From assembly GCA_963663675.1 (NCBI GenBank), contig OY760498.1, forward strand, positions 3,517,761 to 3,581,760: DNA of 64,000 bases, written 5' to 3'. This document shows positions 43,101 to 47,500 of this stretch, in pieces. Positions within the stretch are counted from its first letter, which is position 1. Every line of letters begins with the position of its first letter. The notes beneath the pieces were generated by a model that made no database searches, had not been told where the DNA came from, and saw only the letters and a list, made by a program, of their open reading frames with translations. The position numbers and the translations under genes were made by a program. This DNA is from Prolixibacteraceae bacterium (GTDB lineage Bacteria > Bacteroidota > Bacteroidia > Bacteroidales > Prolixibacteraceae).

Positions 43101-45275
43101 GGCTGTTGATGAATACGTACCTCCGGTAGATCCAGTTAAGGTTACAATCGCGACGCCGGTCTGACAATACGGACTACCGGAATAATTAATTGTGGCAGAT
43201 GGCAGGGCAAGAACTGTAACAACTGTCGTTGCAATGCTTGAACAGGTACCATCGGTAAACGAGTAAGTAACCAAATAAGTACCAGGAGAACTTGCAGCCA
43301 GATTTATTGAACCATTAGATGATGTTATTGACAAACCAGCAGTTGAGGTATAGGTTCCACCTGCCGGACCGCTTAGTGTAACAGTAGCTACACCGGACAT
43401 ACAATAAGGACTCCCGGCATAACTGATTGTCGCAGAAGGTACATTATTAATTGTTACAGAAGTGGAAGTGGTATTTGGACAAGTACTATCCGTAAAACTA
43501 TAGGTCACGACGTATGTTCCAGGTGTACTTGCACCGAGATTAATCGCACCTGTGGATGAATTAATTGATAAGCCTGCGGTGGACGAGTAGGTTCCAATAG
43601 CCGATCCGGTCCGTGTTACCAAGGCTGTTCCTGTGGCGCAATATGGGCTCCCGGCATAACTAATACTGGCAGTAGGTAAAGCATTGATTGTTAAATTAGT
43701 CGAGACAGAACTTGAACAATCACCATTCGAAAAATTATAAGTAACAACATAACTGCCCACAGTACTTGCAACCAAATCAACCTCTCCTGTAGAAGAATTA
43801 ATTGACAAGCCTGCTGTTGAACTATAAATTCCACCGGCCTGACCTGTTTGCGTAACACTTGCAGTACCCGTCTGACAGTAAGGACTCCCCGTATAACTTA
43901 TGGTTGCAGTGGGAAGAGTATTAATTGTAACATTAGTGGTAGTTGAATTAGGACATGTGCCGTCAGTGAAACTATATGTAACAATATATGTCCCAGCGGT
44001 ACTCGTTGCAAGGTTTATCGTACCAGTGATCGCATCAAGTGACAAACCGGCAGTAGATGTATAGGTTCCACCAGTGGGACCACTTTGTGTTACTGTAGCA
44101 GTACCAATTCTGCAATATGGATTACCCGTATAACTTATCAGCCCGAGCGGTAAACTAATTATGGTAACTGATGTGGTAGTAGTATTAGAGCAGGTGCCAT
44201 TTGAAAAAGCATATTCCACAGTGTAAGTTCCGGGTGTACTTGCCACGAGGTTAATGGCACCGGTAGACCCATTGATGGATAAACCGGCTGAGGAAGAATA
44301 GGTACCGCCTGTTGGACCGGTAAGCGTAACAAATGCAGTCCCGGTTTGGCAGAAAGGATCACCGGCATAAACAATGGTAGCGGTGGGTGGTGCACTTATA
44401 GTAACATTGGTTGTTACTGAATTAATACAGGTTCCGTCTGTAAAACTATAAGTTACTACATAAGTTCCCGGAGTGCTTGCAGCAAGGTTTATTGCTCCTG
44501 TTGAAGAAGTAATTGATAATCCGGGGGTCGAGGAAAAAGAACCGCCGGGAGTACCAACCAAGGTAACATTTGCCACACCGGTTTTGCAATAAGGGCTTCC
44601 GGAGTAGCTGATAGTTGCTGCAGGGAGAGGATTTATCGTGACCGAAGCAGTAGTAGTATTCGGGCATGTTCCATTCGTAAAGCTATAAGTTACCGTATAA
44701 TTTCCGGGTGTACTTAACGCAAGATCAATCTGACCGGTACTGGCATCAATGGTTAAGCCCGCAGAAGATGAATAGGTCCCGCCGGTTTGCCCGGTTTGCG
44801 TAACTGTGGCAATACCAGTCTGACAAAAGGGACTTGCAGCATAATTAATTGAGGCAACTGGTAATGGTAAAACATCTAATGTATAAATTGTGCCCGATGG
44901 GACACCATCAATCACACACAAGTATTGATTCCCATCCATGGCTAAAGTAATACCCGAAAGATTCAAAATTGGCGTTACCTGAAGCGGTATAATATCTGCA
45001 AATGGACCACCTCCGATACTCTCCTGCCATTTCCATGTTGTACCAGTAAAGACCTGCAATGATATACTATTTCCTTCACACACTGGTAAAGGTGGTGGAG
45101 CAGGGGAACCAATTGTACTGTTTTCAAGAAAAGAGACCAATGGCATACCCTTGACAGTCATTGAATGGACTGGTATAGAAAATCCCGAAAAGATATGCAA
45201 CATCAGAAGGATGACCAGCAAAAATCTTTTTTTCAAAAACCTGAACCCAATATATGATGTAGCAGATACACTCAT
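28155..45275 (-). CDS. giant (~5,700 aa) SprB-class cell-surface repeat protein with T9SS type-B C-terminal sorting domain
   Basis: Uninterrupted 17.1-kb ORF. ATG at 45275 gives the signal peptide MSVSATSYIGFRFLKKRFLLVILLMLHIFSGFSIPVHS; the TTG at 45308 is 11 codons upstream. It contains nested Ig/PKD-like repeat arrays, SprB repeats, an HYR domain and the C-terminal ITPNGDGLNDTF motif. Confidence 0.9.
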   Translation of the reverse strand: MSVSATSYIGFRFLKKRFLLVILLMLHIFSGFSIPVHSMTVKGMPLVSFLENSTIGSPAPPPLPVCEGNSISLQVFTGTTWKWQESIGGGPFADIIPLQVTPILNLSGITLAMDGNQYLCVIDGVPSGTIYTLDVLPLPVASINYAASPFCQTGIATVTQTGQTGGTYSSSAGLTIDASTGQIDLALSTPGNYTVTYSFTNGTCPNTTTASVTINPLPAATISYSGSPYCKTGVANVTLVGTPGGSFSSTPGLSITSSTGAINLAASTPGTYVVTYSFTDGTCINSVTTNVTISAPPTATIVYAGDPFCQTGTAFVTLTGPTGGTYSSSAGLSINGSTGAINLVASTPGTYTVEYAFSNGTCSNTTTTSVTIISLPLGLISYTGNPYCRIGTATVTQSGPTGGTYTSTAGLSLDAITGTINLATSTAGTYIVTYSFTDGTCPNSTTTNVTINTLPTATISYTGSPYCQTGTASVTQTGQAGGIYSSTAGLSINSSTGEVDLVASTVGSYVVTYNFSNGDCSSSVSTNLTINALPTASISYAGSPYCATGTALVTRTGSAIGTYSSTAGLSINSSTGAINLGASTPGTYVVTYSFTDSTCPNTTSTSVTINNVPSATISYAGSPYCMSGVATVTLSGPAGGTYTSTAGLSITSSNGSINLAASSPGTYLVTYSFTDGTCSSIATTVVTVLALPSATINYSGSPYCQTGVAIVTLTGSTGGTYSSTAGLSINSTTGAINLAASAAGTYTVTYSYSNGTCSNTATTTVTISSLPTALINYTGNPYCKTGTAIVTQTGQIGGIYTSSAGLSLNSTTGAIDLGASTAGSYTVTYSFTNGVCTNNTSTSITINSLPIASISYTGSPYCQTGIANVTQAGQAGGTYSSTAGLSINPATGAIDLAASTVGSYTVTYSFSDGTCPNSTTASVVINPLPIATISYSGNPYCQTGTALVTQTGQAGGTYTSTAGLTINSITGEISLASSVVGTYTVTYNYTNGSCSNVAVTSVTINPLPVATIIYAGSPYCKSGVATVTQTGPTGGTYSSTAGLSINSTTGAVDLVASSAGTYTVTYLFTNGTCPNTTTTTITISAPPTATISYSGNPYCKIGTATVTQTGPIGGTYSSTPGLSINSITGEINLGSSTAGTYTVMYSFTNGTCSNTVTTSVTINSLPTALISYTGTPYCKSGVATVTQSGPAGGIYSSTAGLSINSSTGAIDLVSSTAGSYTVTYSFTNGTCANTTTTALTINTLPTATISYTGSPYCHVGTASVTQTGQAGGTYSSTAGLSINPVTGSINLAASTVGSYTVTYSFTDGTCPNSTTAVVVINPLPTATISYSGNPFCQTGTAIVTQTGQTGGTYSSTAGISINAVTGEINLAASSVGTYTVTYSFANGACSNTTTTIVTINTLPTATISYAGSPYCKSGTATVTQSGPTGGTYISTVGLSIDPLTGAIDLSSSNAGTYTVTYNFSNGTCLNSTTTTLTINPLPTATISYSGNPFCKIGTATVTQTGPPGGTYSSTAGLSINSSTGAINLAASAAGTYTVTYNFTDGVCLGTTSTNVTINLLPVATITYTGTPYCKSGTANVTQTGQTGGSYSSTAGLSINSTTGAIDLSASTPGIYTVTYSFTNGPCVNTASASVTINPLPTATISYTGIPYCQTGTATVIQTGQGGGVYTSTIGLSINSSTGSINLAASTPGTYTVTYSFTDGTCPSTTTASVNIIALPSASINYAGNPYCQTGSAVVTQTGQTGGTYSSTAGLSLNPSTGEINLVASTPGTYTVTYNFTNGTCPNSTTTSVTINPPSTASITYSGSPYCQTGTATVTQTGSTGGTYTSTAGLIITPSNGSIDLAASTPGTYTVTYSFTNGICPGATTTSVIINALPTATIVYPGNPFCNTGTVAVTQTGPSGGTFSSSAGLSISATTGTINLASSTPGTYTVTYSFTNGTCNNSVSTPVTINPLPTALISYTGNPYCKTGTANVTQTGPTGGTYSSTAGLSINPLTGVIDLASSTAGNYLVRYSFSDGTCSNSTTTSITINPLPVAAISYAGSPYCQTGTANVIQTGPVGGTYSSTSGLSINSLTGAIDLTSSTAGNYVVSYSFTDGVCSNTTSTTVIINPLPIASINYADNPYCKTGTANVTQTGQIGGIYTSTAGLSINSLTGAINLAASAVGTYTVTYSFSSGPCPNSTTTSITINALPIATISYPGSPYCKTGTATVSQTGPTGGNYSSTAGLSISPSSGTIDLASSTPGTYTVTYSFSNGTCSNTATTTITIVPLPTASIVYAGNPYCQIGTAVVSQSGPSGGTYSSTPGLSINSLTGSINLALSTPGTYNVTYSFTNGSCSNTTSTSITVNSIPTALISYTSNPYCNTGTASVLQTGQTGGTYSSTPGVAINPSTGAIDLAASTAGNHTVTYNFSNGSCSGTTTANILINPLPTPAITGPSVVCADPTGDVYTTQVGMSNYNWTLSSGGSITSGANSSAITIVWTTSGTHNLHVSFTDANGCSGTSAAYPVLVQGLLPPKPDNINGNTPVCQSAIQDYSITPIPGATSYTWSVSNGTYGVLSPTTIRVTFSPSAVNGTISVYATNSCGDGPTETKSITVNPKPATPVITASGPTSFCAGGSVTLSAPTSAAYLWSNGSTTQSITVTTAGSFTVVVSDAIGCQSDVSAPKITSIIPNATVFAGADNTICEGDSYIISDATAANYFDLLWTSTGTGLFSSPGGLNPSYTPSAADIASGSVILTLRASYNAPCTGNIHDDMTLTIHPTPTISAGASQTVCYPASLTVSDAVMNNGTNPRWSLTGAGVLFNANSLTPTYQPQAADVGNTITLTLTVDPTAPCATPQVTSTKSITVYALPSDPGVITAVPGSASVCKGTTVSYSIVPFADPNVNYNWSVPPGATLVPGANPYQISVIYGTASSSGDVSVFGTNSCGNGPVSKLAVLVNDKPVNPGSINGRTDVCQGTSAEVYSITPVPGATSYVWNVSNGTFTVISPTSIRVNFGPLASVGTISVYAVNSCGNGPTATKAVTVHPTPPIPVITANGPLTFCVGGSVILSAPTGSGYSYLWSNGATSQTINVNTTGTFTVIVTDSFGCQSPVSASVTTDTTPAATVSAGKDNIICTGDTYALTDAVASNYFDLLWSSTGTGSFSVSGVQNPTYTPSAADIANGSVVLTLTASNNTPCTGDIHDDMTLTIQAVPALNMGSDLTVCYPASVTIDDVSVSNGINPIWTITSGLGNLLNANTLKPIFQPAPFLGIQTVVLTLTVDPLSPCTVPASATKRILVSSAPENAGVITAVPGAASVCIGSTVSYTITPFADPSATYHWSVPPGATLIPGANPYEISVTYGSGSSSGDVSVYGSNGCGDGLVAQLAVQVNDVPADPGIINGNSVICQGGGSEDYTITPVTGATSYTWSVSNGTFVTLAPNSIRVNFDPLAINGTISVFAQNSCGTGPVASKAITVHPTPVTPVITAGGPLSFCAGGSVLLTATAGIGYSYLWSNGATSQSIIVTTAGSYSVVVTDSYGCQSAASTVVNTFTLPAATSVAGSDAIICAGSNFTVSSATATKYSTLLWTTSGTGSFMNNGTTTPTYSPSALDINNGSVILTLNASGIAPCLTTVHDDMLLTIQKEPTVSAGSDQTVCFPSSVVLSGTAATDFQNPHWIHNGSGVLVDLNTLNPTYYPSPTDVGNTLTLTLTVDPLAPCLTAASDIMYIQVKGAPGNPGVISGPNTVCKGTTNVYWVAPIAGVTDYHWTLPSGTTIVSGANSNNIVVTFGALSESGNFTVYGSNDCGNGVLSVLPVTVNDVPANPGSIAGPSAICEGTSGVVFSVTPVTGAVNYLWTAPSGATIISTPPYASTITVDFGMGATSGNITVQAINSCGNGAVASKTIVVNSKPATPVITASGPLTFCEGGSVLLTGAPTGSIYSYLWSANGATTRDNLVTTSGDYTVIVTVNSTGCSSDPQAIPTHVVVNPAPVPPNSVGILSECVNGAIIPIDANTVAPALSGASIVWYSAPTGGVVVSPILNAIGTKIVYAEYVDNVSGCTSLTRTMITLTISMPPPAPTVLPSPPPVCEQLPIQTLNAEDYLSGPIAPGTTIYWYDAPVLGQMISPFMSSVGSKTFYAEANDGTCSSLTRSSGITLTITPAPLPPVSGGDIIQCVDPVSPMVYTPTATAPAGSVVNWYAAPVGGTPIVPSLSSAAIDKKTFYAESFDGTCNSLTRTPVTIEIVLMPDPPVDTTDPVVICETNPITSLTATASVPFGFKVNWYDAAGNLVAIPILSAVGTKDYFAESENLTSGCKSSTRTLVTLTINPAPNPPITIDPLPKCDDSTPLVASATVPSGMTVVWYANASGGTQVVPDPPSQSGPGQVTYYAEAVNTVTGCSSLTRTPQTLKIIALPADPVITGDEFVSVCATNPVQTLKASATSPDGTPIKWYILPAGGVPVADPKLNTVGSVDYYAEADNGTCQSKNRAHVKLTISPVPLPPTYIGDLTLCQSDPDIPVDLSTRVNSGGLNVQWFNEPTGGEPLDHIPNVSSDGVSVYYAGTIDGVSGCQSLTRTTVTVTINSKPADPVWISDQTECLENPAQVLRASVDVPVDGATITWYDSPTGGNLVNSPILNHVGTISYWAQANLGQCTSANRTMVTLTIEDVPVPPVLSGASNELVSCETAVGINANDAIVVAPMTTIKWFDKSIDGVEVSPIQIAAGERLVYAEAVYIGSGCSSLARTAVKLTVLQAPAAPVSTGDIIECAQNPLQVLDANKSISPAPGTSIVWYNQPSGGLAIANPTLNVANSTAVYYAESVDNITTCTSLTRTAVKLSLISITASAASNSPLSLGQTLQLKGGPDVPGNTFVWTDPNGFNFFTMDVIIPNVTEAAAGKYKLTVTSPAGCSATDSVIVLLDIARAEAQLPVCIGSTLYLSGYPDNMKSYAWSGPNGFTSSEQNPSINNVSIVNSGVYTLIVTNSNNATSSDTVSVSFKPLPIPIAEATTVCPAGTLQLKAGPNGMTSYTWSDQNGSTWNQQNPPAIPYPNPPQTFKLTVVDWNGCEASKTITPVPFQPKATSNSPVCGGDTLRLRGEPNGMASYKWTGPNGFVSNLQSPTLNNANPATATGDYTLTVVDKAGCTFSTKVTVSFYASVPIPTIVPNMNPVCEGSTLILKGGPSGMTRYDWTGPDGFISQDQNPQITNMTGVNAGKYALQITNSNGCKNVFQTDISVTTVTFNGAYGPFCVSDSPMPLSVTPSGGTFTGPGMNGNVFDPKLAGPGTHPIQYTLPGGACTVTKFIVVVTVPKLVINNPILKSCTGTTADLTLPAVTAGSTTGLFLSYWTDSNATSALVSPKSVAAGLYYIKGTTSGGKCSDIKPVMVTQPDSLRANVVISSELNCKGDSTGALTVNVTMGTAPFTYQWSTQPVQTTQTATNLPSGTYTVLVTDAKMCAAAFTGDVLAPTPLKLGFAIKSIQCMSDINGTARIDTINGITDPYILNSYTYEWDTSPVQTTREATRLSAGWQKITLTSPKGCVEKDSVYIDVLDVSPPVIDCPKDVDINVSYIKSTDGSPNKYTIKLGRPVVSDNCAIDTLYNDAPEKFRKGLTYVVWTVTDQVGLVDTCTQRVYVRELPTVPQLITPNGDGLNDTFIIDGLNGSDYKNSQMSIFTRSGQLVFQNSNYELPENAWDGKYQESTFAKNNIVAPGIYFYILKLGGSGGQMLKGYVYVYY
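28158..28442 (-). other. T9SS type-B C-terminal sorting domain (gliding motility-associated CTD, CHU_C type)
   Basis: PQLITPNGDGLNDTFIIDGL...MSIFTRSGQLVFQ...WDGKY...APGIYFYILKL...GYVYVYY, the last ~95 residues. Confidence 0.85.
28443..28709 (-). other. HYR (hyalin repeat) domain within the giant gene
   Basis: DVSPPVIDCPKDVDINV...GRPVVSDNCAIDTLYND...GLTYVVWTVTDQVGLVDTCTQRVYV. Confidence 0.65.
28710..29186 (-). other. two SprB-type repeats within the giant gene
   Basis: LNCKGDSTGALTVNVTMGTAPFTYQWS...GTYTVLVTDAKMC and IQCMSDINGTARID...YTYEWDT...ITLTSPKGC. Confidence 0.65.
29643..30797 (-). repeat. 5 copies of a ~77-residue Ig-like module (L.L.G.P.GM.SY.W.GPNGF.S..QNP.I.N....G.Y.L.V....GC)
   Basis: Residues ~4838-5222 of the giant protein, read directly from the translation. 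Confidence 0.7.
30798..33359 (-). repeat. 10 copies of an ~85-residue Ig-like module (..C.....WY.AP.GG....L...G...YYAE.....C.S..R..VTLTI) joined by Pro-rich linkers
   Basis: Hand-counted units of 85, 87, 84, 83, 84, 84, 86, 83, 86 and 92 aa. Each ends in P.PP, PADP or PAAP. Confidence 0.8.
33360..37712 (-). repeat. 3 full + 1 partial copies of a ~428-residue five-domain supermodule
   Basis: Copies lie at about 36429-37712, 35136-36428 and 33858-35135, with a partial copy at 33360-33857. The shared motif order is GATSY.W.V, FC.GGSV.L...YLWSNG, AG.DN.IC.GD, LLW.S.GTG.F, HDDM.LTI, TVC.P.S, WSVPPGATL.PGANPY. Confidence 0.85.
37983..44855 (-). repeat. 29 tandem copies of a 79-codon (237-bp) two-cysteine Ig/PKD-like module inside the giant gene
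   Basis: Each unit reads A[ST]I[SN]Y.G.P[YF]C..G.A.VT.TG..GGTYSS.AGL.I...TG.I.L..S..G.Y.VTY.F..G.C......VTI..LP. Residues 152-2442 equal 29 x 79 exactly. Confidence 0.9.
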
Positions 45276-45733
45276 TGTAATAAGTCTTAGTACAACCGAC
45301 GAAAGCAATTAACCTAAAATCTTCTCCCAAGAGAATGAATTTCCAGGACTATTCCAAATTATATCGTTTTGTTTATCTCTAAAAAGCACAAAAGGTAACC
45401 CATTAATGAGAAGCAGTATAGCTATTATCGATAAAAAAACGTAGAAGTATACTATTTATTGTTTCATTAAGGGCATAAAGCCACAATTTCAACTCATATT
45501 ATCCTGAAATCAAACAAAAACCATAAAACACTATTAATTAGAAAATTACGATACTAAATAGTTTAAAATCAATTATATGTCATTAAAGATAAAATTATCT
45601 GTCATGCGAATGCCTTTCCTTTACTAATTTATCATCTAATTCGCTGACTAACTAATAAATAAACATCCTATTAATCCCAAATATAGTATTAAAATTAAGA
45701 AATAAATGCTTTAAATTTGAACAAAAAATAATT

Positions 45734-46285
45734 TTGATTACAAATAAAACTATTTTGGGCATAGACCCGGGTTCGAATATAATGGGTTATGGGGTTATCC
45801 GGGTGTATAACAACAACGTAAGCATTGTTGCATTGGGAGTGGTTAAAACATCCGGTTTAAGCGGGCACTACGAAAAACTTAGCCACATTTTCAACCGCAC
45901 ACTGTACCTTGTTGATGAATATAATCCGGATGAAACAGCCCTTGAAGCCCCATTTTTTGGGAAAAATATTCAATCAATGTTAAAACTTGGCCGTGCCCAG
46001 GGGGTAGCCATGGCTGCATCGCTTTACCGGGGGGTGCCAATCTTTGAGTACGCCCCGCTCCGCATCAAGCAGGCTATTACAGGGAATGGCGCTTCCTCTA
46101 AAGAACAGGTAGCGTATTTTCTGAAACAAATGTTTGGAATGACCATTATGCCGTCAGATCTGGATGCCACGGATGGCCTGGCAGCAGCCGTATGCCATTA
46201 TTTACAGATGAAGAATCCGGTAACAGAAAAAGGTGCGAAAAACTGGGAGGAATTCATCAGGAAAAATCCCGACCGCATTAAATAA
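45734..46285 (+). CDS. ruvC: crossover junction endodeoxyribonuclease RuvC
   Basis: ILGIDPGSNIMGYGVI, ALEAPFFGKN, DATDGLAAAVCH. TTG start. Confidence 0.9.
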   Translation: MITNKTILGIDPGSNIMGYGVIRVYNNNVSIVALGVVKTSGLSGHYEKLSHIFNRTLYLVDEYNPDETALEAPFFGKNIQSMLKLGRAQGVAMAASLYRGVPIFEYAPLRIKQAITGNGASSKEQVAYFLKQMFGMTIMPSDLDATDGLAAAVCHYLQMKNPVTEKGAKNWEEFIRKNPDRIK

Positions 46286-46305
46286 AATGATTTCCTGAAA
46301 AACAG

Positions 46306-46336
46306 AAATTGAAATAATCTCAAATTATTTCAATTT
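46306..46336. terminator. AT-rich 13-bp hairpin between convergent ruvC and HIT genes
   Basis: AAATTGAAATAAT / CTCAA / ATTATTTCAATTT followed by TATTTTAT. The all-A/T stem means it is weak. Confidence 0.4.
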
Positions 46337-46381
46337 TATTTTATCGACAATTCATAGTAAACCGGAAATTTTTCTTCTAAA

Positions 46382-46774
46382 CTACAAAGAATCAGCTATT
46401 GATTTGGCTATAGCGGCAAATTCGTCAGAGGAAAACTGCAGCTTGGGTTTTGAAAAATCAATATCCCTCTCGCTGTTCAATGGAACAAGATGCACATGAG
46501 CATGAGGAACTTCAAGTCCCAGGACCGCGACACCGATACGTTTACACAGGATAGCCTTGTTCATTGCGATTGCAACCTTACGGGCAAACTCCATTAATCC
46601 TGCATAAGTTTCCTGGTCAAGGTCAAAAAGGTAATCGACCTCTCTTTTGGGAATTACCAATACGTGTCCCTTAGCCAGTGGAAAAATGTCGAGAAAGGCC
46701 ATAAAATCCTTATCCTCTGCCACTTTATAGGAAGGAATCTCACCCGCTGCAATCTTTGAAAAGATGGATGCCAT
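46382..46774 (-). CDS. HIT (histidine triad) family protein
   Basis: IFSKIAAGEIPS N-terminus and HAHVHLVP histidine triad. Confidence 0.9.
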   Translation of the reverse strand: MASIFSKIAAGEIPSYKVAEDKDFMAFLDIFPLAKGHVLVIPKREVDYLFDLDQETYAGLMEFARKVAIAMNKAILCKRIGVAVLGLEVPHAHVHLVPLNSERDIDFSKPKLQFSSDEFAAIAKSIADSL

Positions 46775-46783
46775 ATAATGTCT

Positions 46784-47263
46784 TTACTGACCTAATTCAA
46801 TATTGATGATTTCGAACGGGATGATTCCGGAAGGCACATGAATATCCACGATATCCCCTATTTTTTTCCCTAGAAGTCCCTTGGCAATCGGGGTACTGAC
46901 ACTGATTTTTGCCATCTTCAGATCAGACTCATGATCTGAAACAATGGTATAGACCATAACCGCGTTATTTTTTACATTTTTTATAGTCACTTTGTTCATG
47001 ATCTGAACAACGTCTGTGTCAATTTTAGACTGATCAATAATTCTCGCATTGGCAATCTGATCCTGGAGAACAGCAATCTTGGCTTCAAGCATGCCTTGAG
47101 CATCCTTTGCTGCATCATATTCTGCATTTTCAGAGATATCCCCCTTTTCAATAGCTTCTCCGATCAACTTGGAAATTGCTGGCCTTTCGATGTTTAACAT
47201 CCGGTCGAGATCTGCTTTCAACTTTTTCAGCCCTTCTGCAGAGATATAAGTAACTTTGGTCAT
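46784..47263 (-). CDS. greA: transcription elongation factor GreA
   Basis: N-terminal coiled coil with ENAEYDAAK and a C-terminal FKBP-like domain, 159 aa. Confidence 0.9.
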   Translation of the reverse strand: MTKVTYISAEGLKKLKADLDRMLNIERPAISKLIGEAIEKGDISENAEYDAAKDAQGMLEAKIAVLQDQIANARIIDQSKIDTDVVQIMNKVTIKNVKNNAVMVYTIVSDHESDLKMAKISVSTPIAKGLLGKKIGDIVDIHVPSGIIPFEIINIELGQ

Positions 47264-47345
47264 TCTTCTAATCTGTTTCTGATATTATACATAAAAAAAC
47301 AGAAGAACTCCAAACCTCGGAGCTCTTCTACAATTCTATCTCTGA

Positions 47346-47353
47346 CAAATGTA
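47346..47353 (-). promoter_or_regulatory. -7 promoter box TACATTTG (minus strand) upstream of greA
   Basis: The plus strand reads CAAATGTA. It lies 83 nt upstream of the greA ATG. Confidence 0.35.
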
Positions 47354-47397
47354 GAAAATATTCTTTCTAATTTACAAATCTGAAGGCAATTTTTTTC

Positions 47398-47429
47398 ATT
47401 CAGGGCCAAAATGAATTTTGGCCCTGAAT
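47398..47429. other. perfect 14-bp GC-containing hairpin, tetraloop, in the greA divergent intergenic region
   Basis: ATTCAGGGCCAAAA / TGAA / TTTTGGCCCTGAAT. No downstream U-run on either strand. Confidence 0.6.
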
Positions 47430-47488
47430 ATTCCCGAGAACAGGATCTCCAATATAGGGAGATAAGCCAAATCATTGATCCTTTTTCT

Positions 47489-47496
47489 TATTTTTG
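47489..47496 (+). promoter_or_regulatory. -7 promoter box TATTTTTG, 4 nt before the ATG at 47501
   Basis: Exact TAnnTTTG with the same box-to-ATG spacing as at 922-929. Predicts a leaderless mRNA. Confidence 0.35.
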
Positions 47497-47500
47497 TAGT

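Noticed and set aside
28181-45330. Many 60-90-aa ORFs on both strands and in alternative frames inside the giant gene (e.g. 29392-29625, 34504-34719, 38477-38707, 44159-44395).
   Set aside because: They lie entirely within one long, motif-rich 17-kb reading frame. Their translations are low-complexity by-products of the Thr/Ser/Gly/Asn-rich repeats, and none has a recognisable motif or its own promoter box.
45712-45719. TAAATTTG box 14 nt upstream of the ruvC TTG start as a promoter.
   Set aside because: It is an exact motif match, but the spacing fits neither the leaderless (N4) nor the typical 20-50-nt leader geometry. The region is so AT-rich that chance matches are likely, so I left it uncalled.
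27171-45733. The giant adhesin region as a horizontally acquired island or mobile element.
   Set aside because: There is no integrase, transposase, tRNA attachment site or flanking direct repeats. The flanks are ordinary housekeeping genes, and the unusual composition is explained by the amino-acid bias of the repeats.
45765-45780. tRNA-like T-arm string GGGTTCGAATAT.
   Set aside because: It lies inside the ruvC reading frame (IDPGSNIMG), with no flanking acceptor or anticodon arm complementarity.
47260-47475. 71-aa minus-strand ORF upstream of greA, and the ORF-track start at 47411 for the plus-strand gene.
   Set aside because: Both span the hairpin and promoter region and lack motifs. The ATG at 47501 gives a proper lipoprotein signal peptide and sits right after a -7 box.
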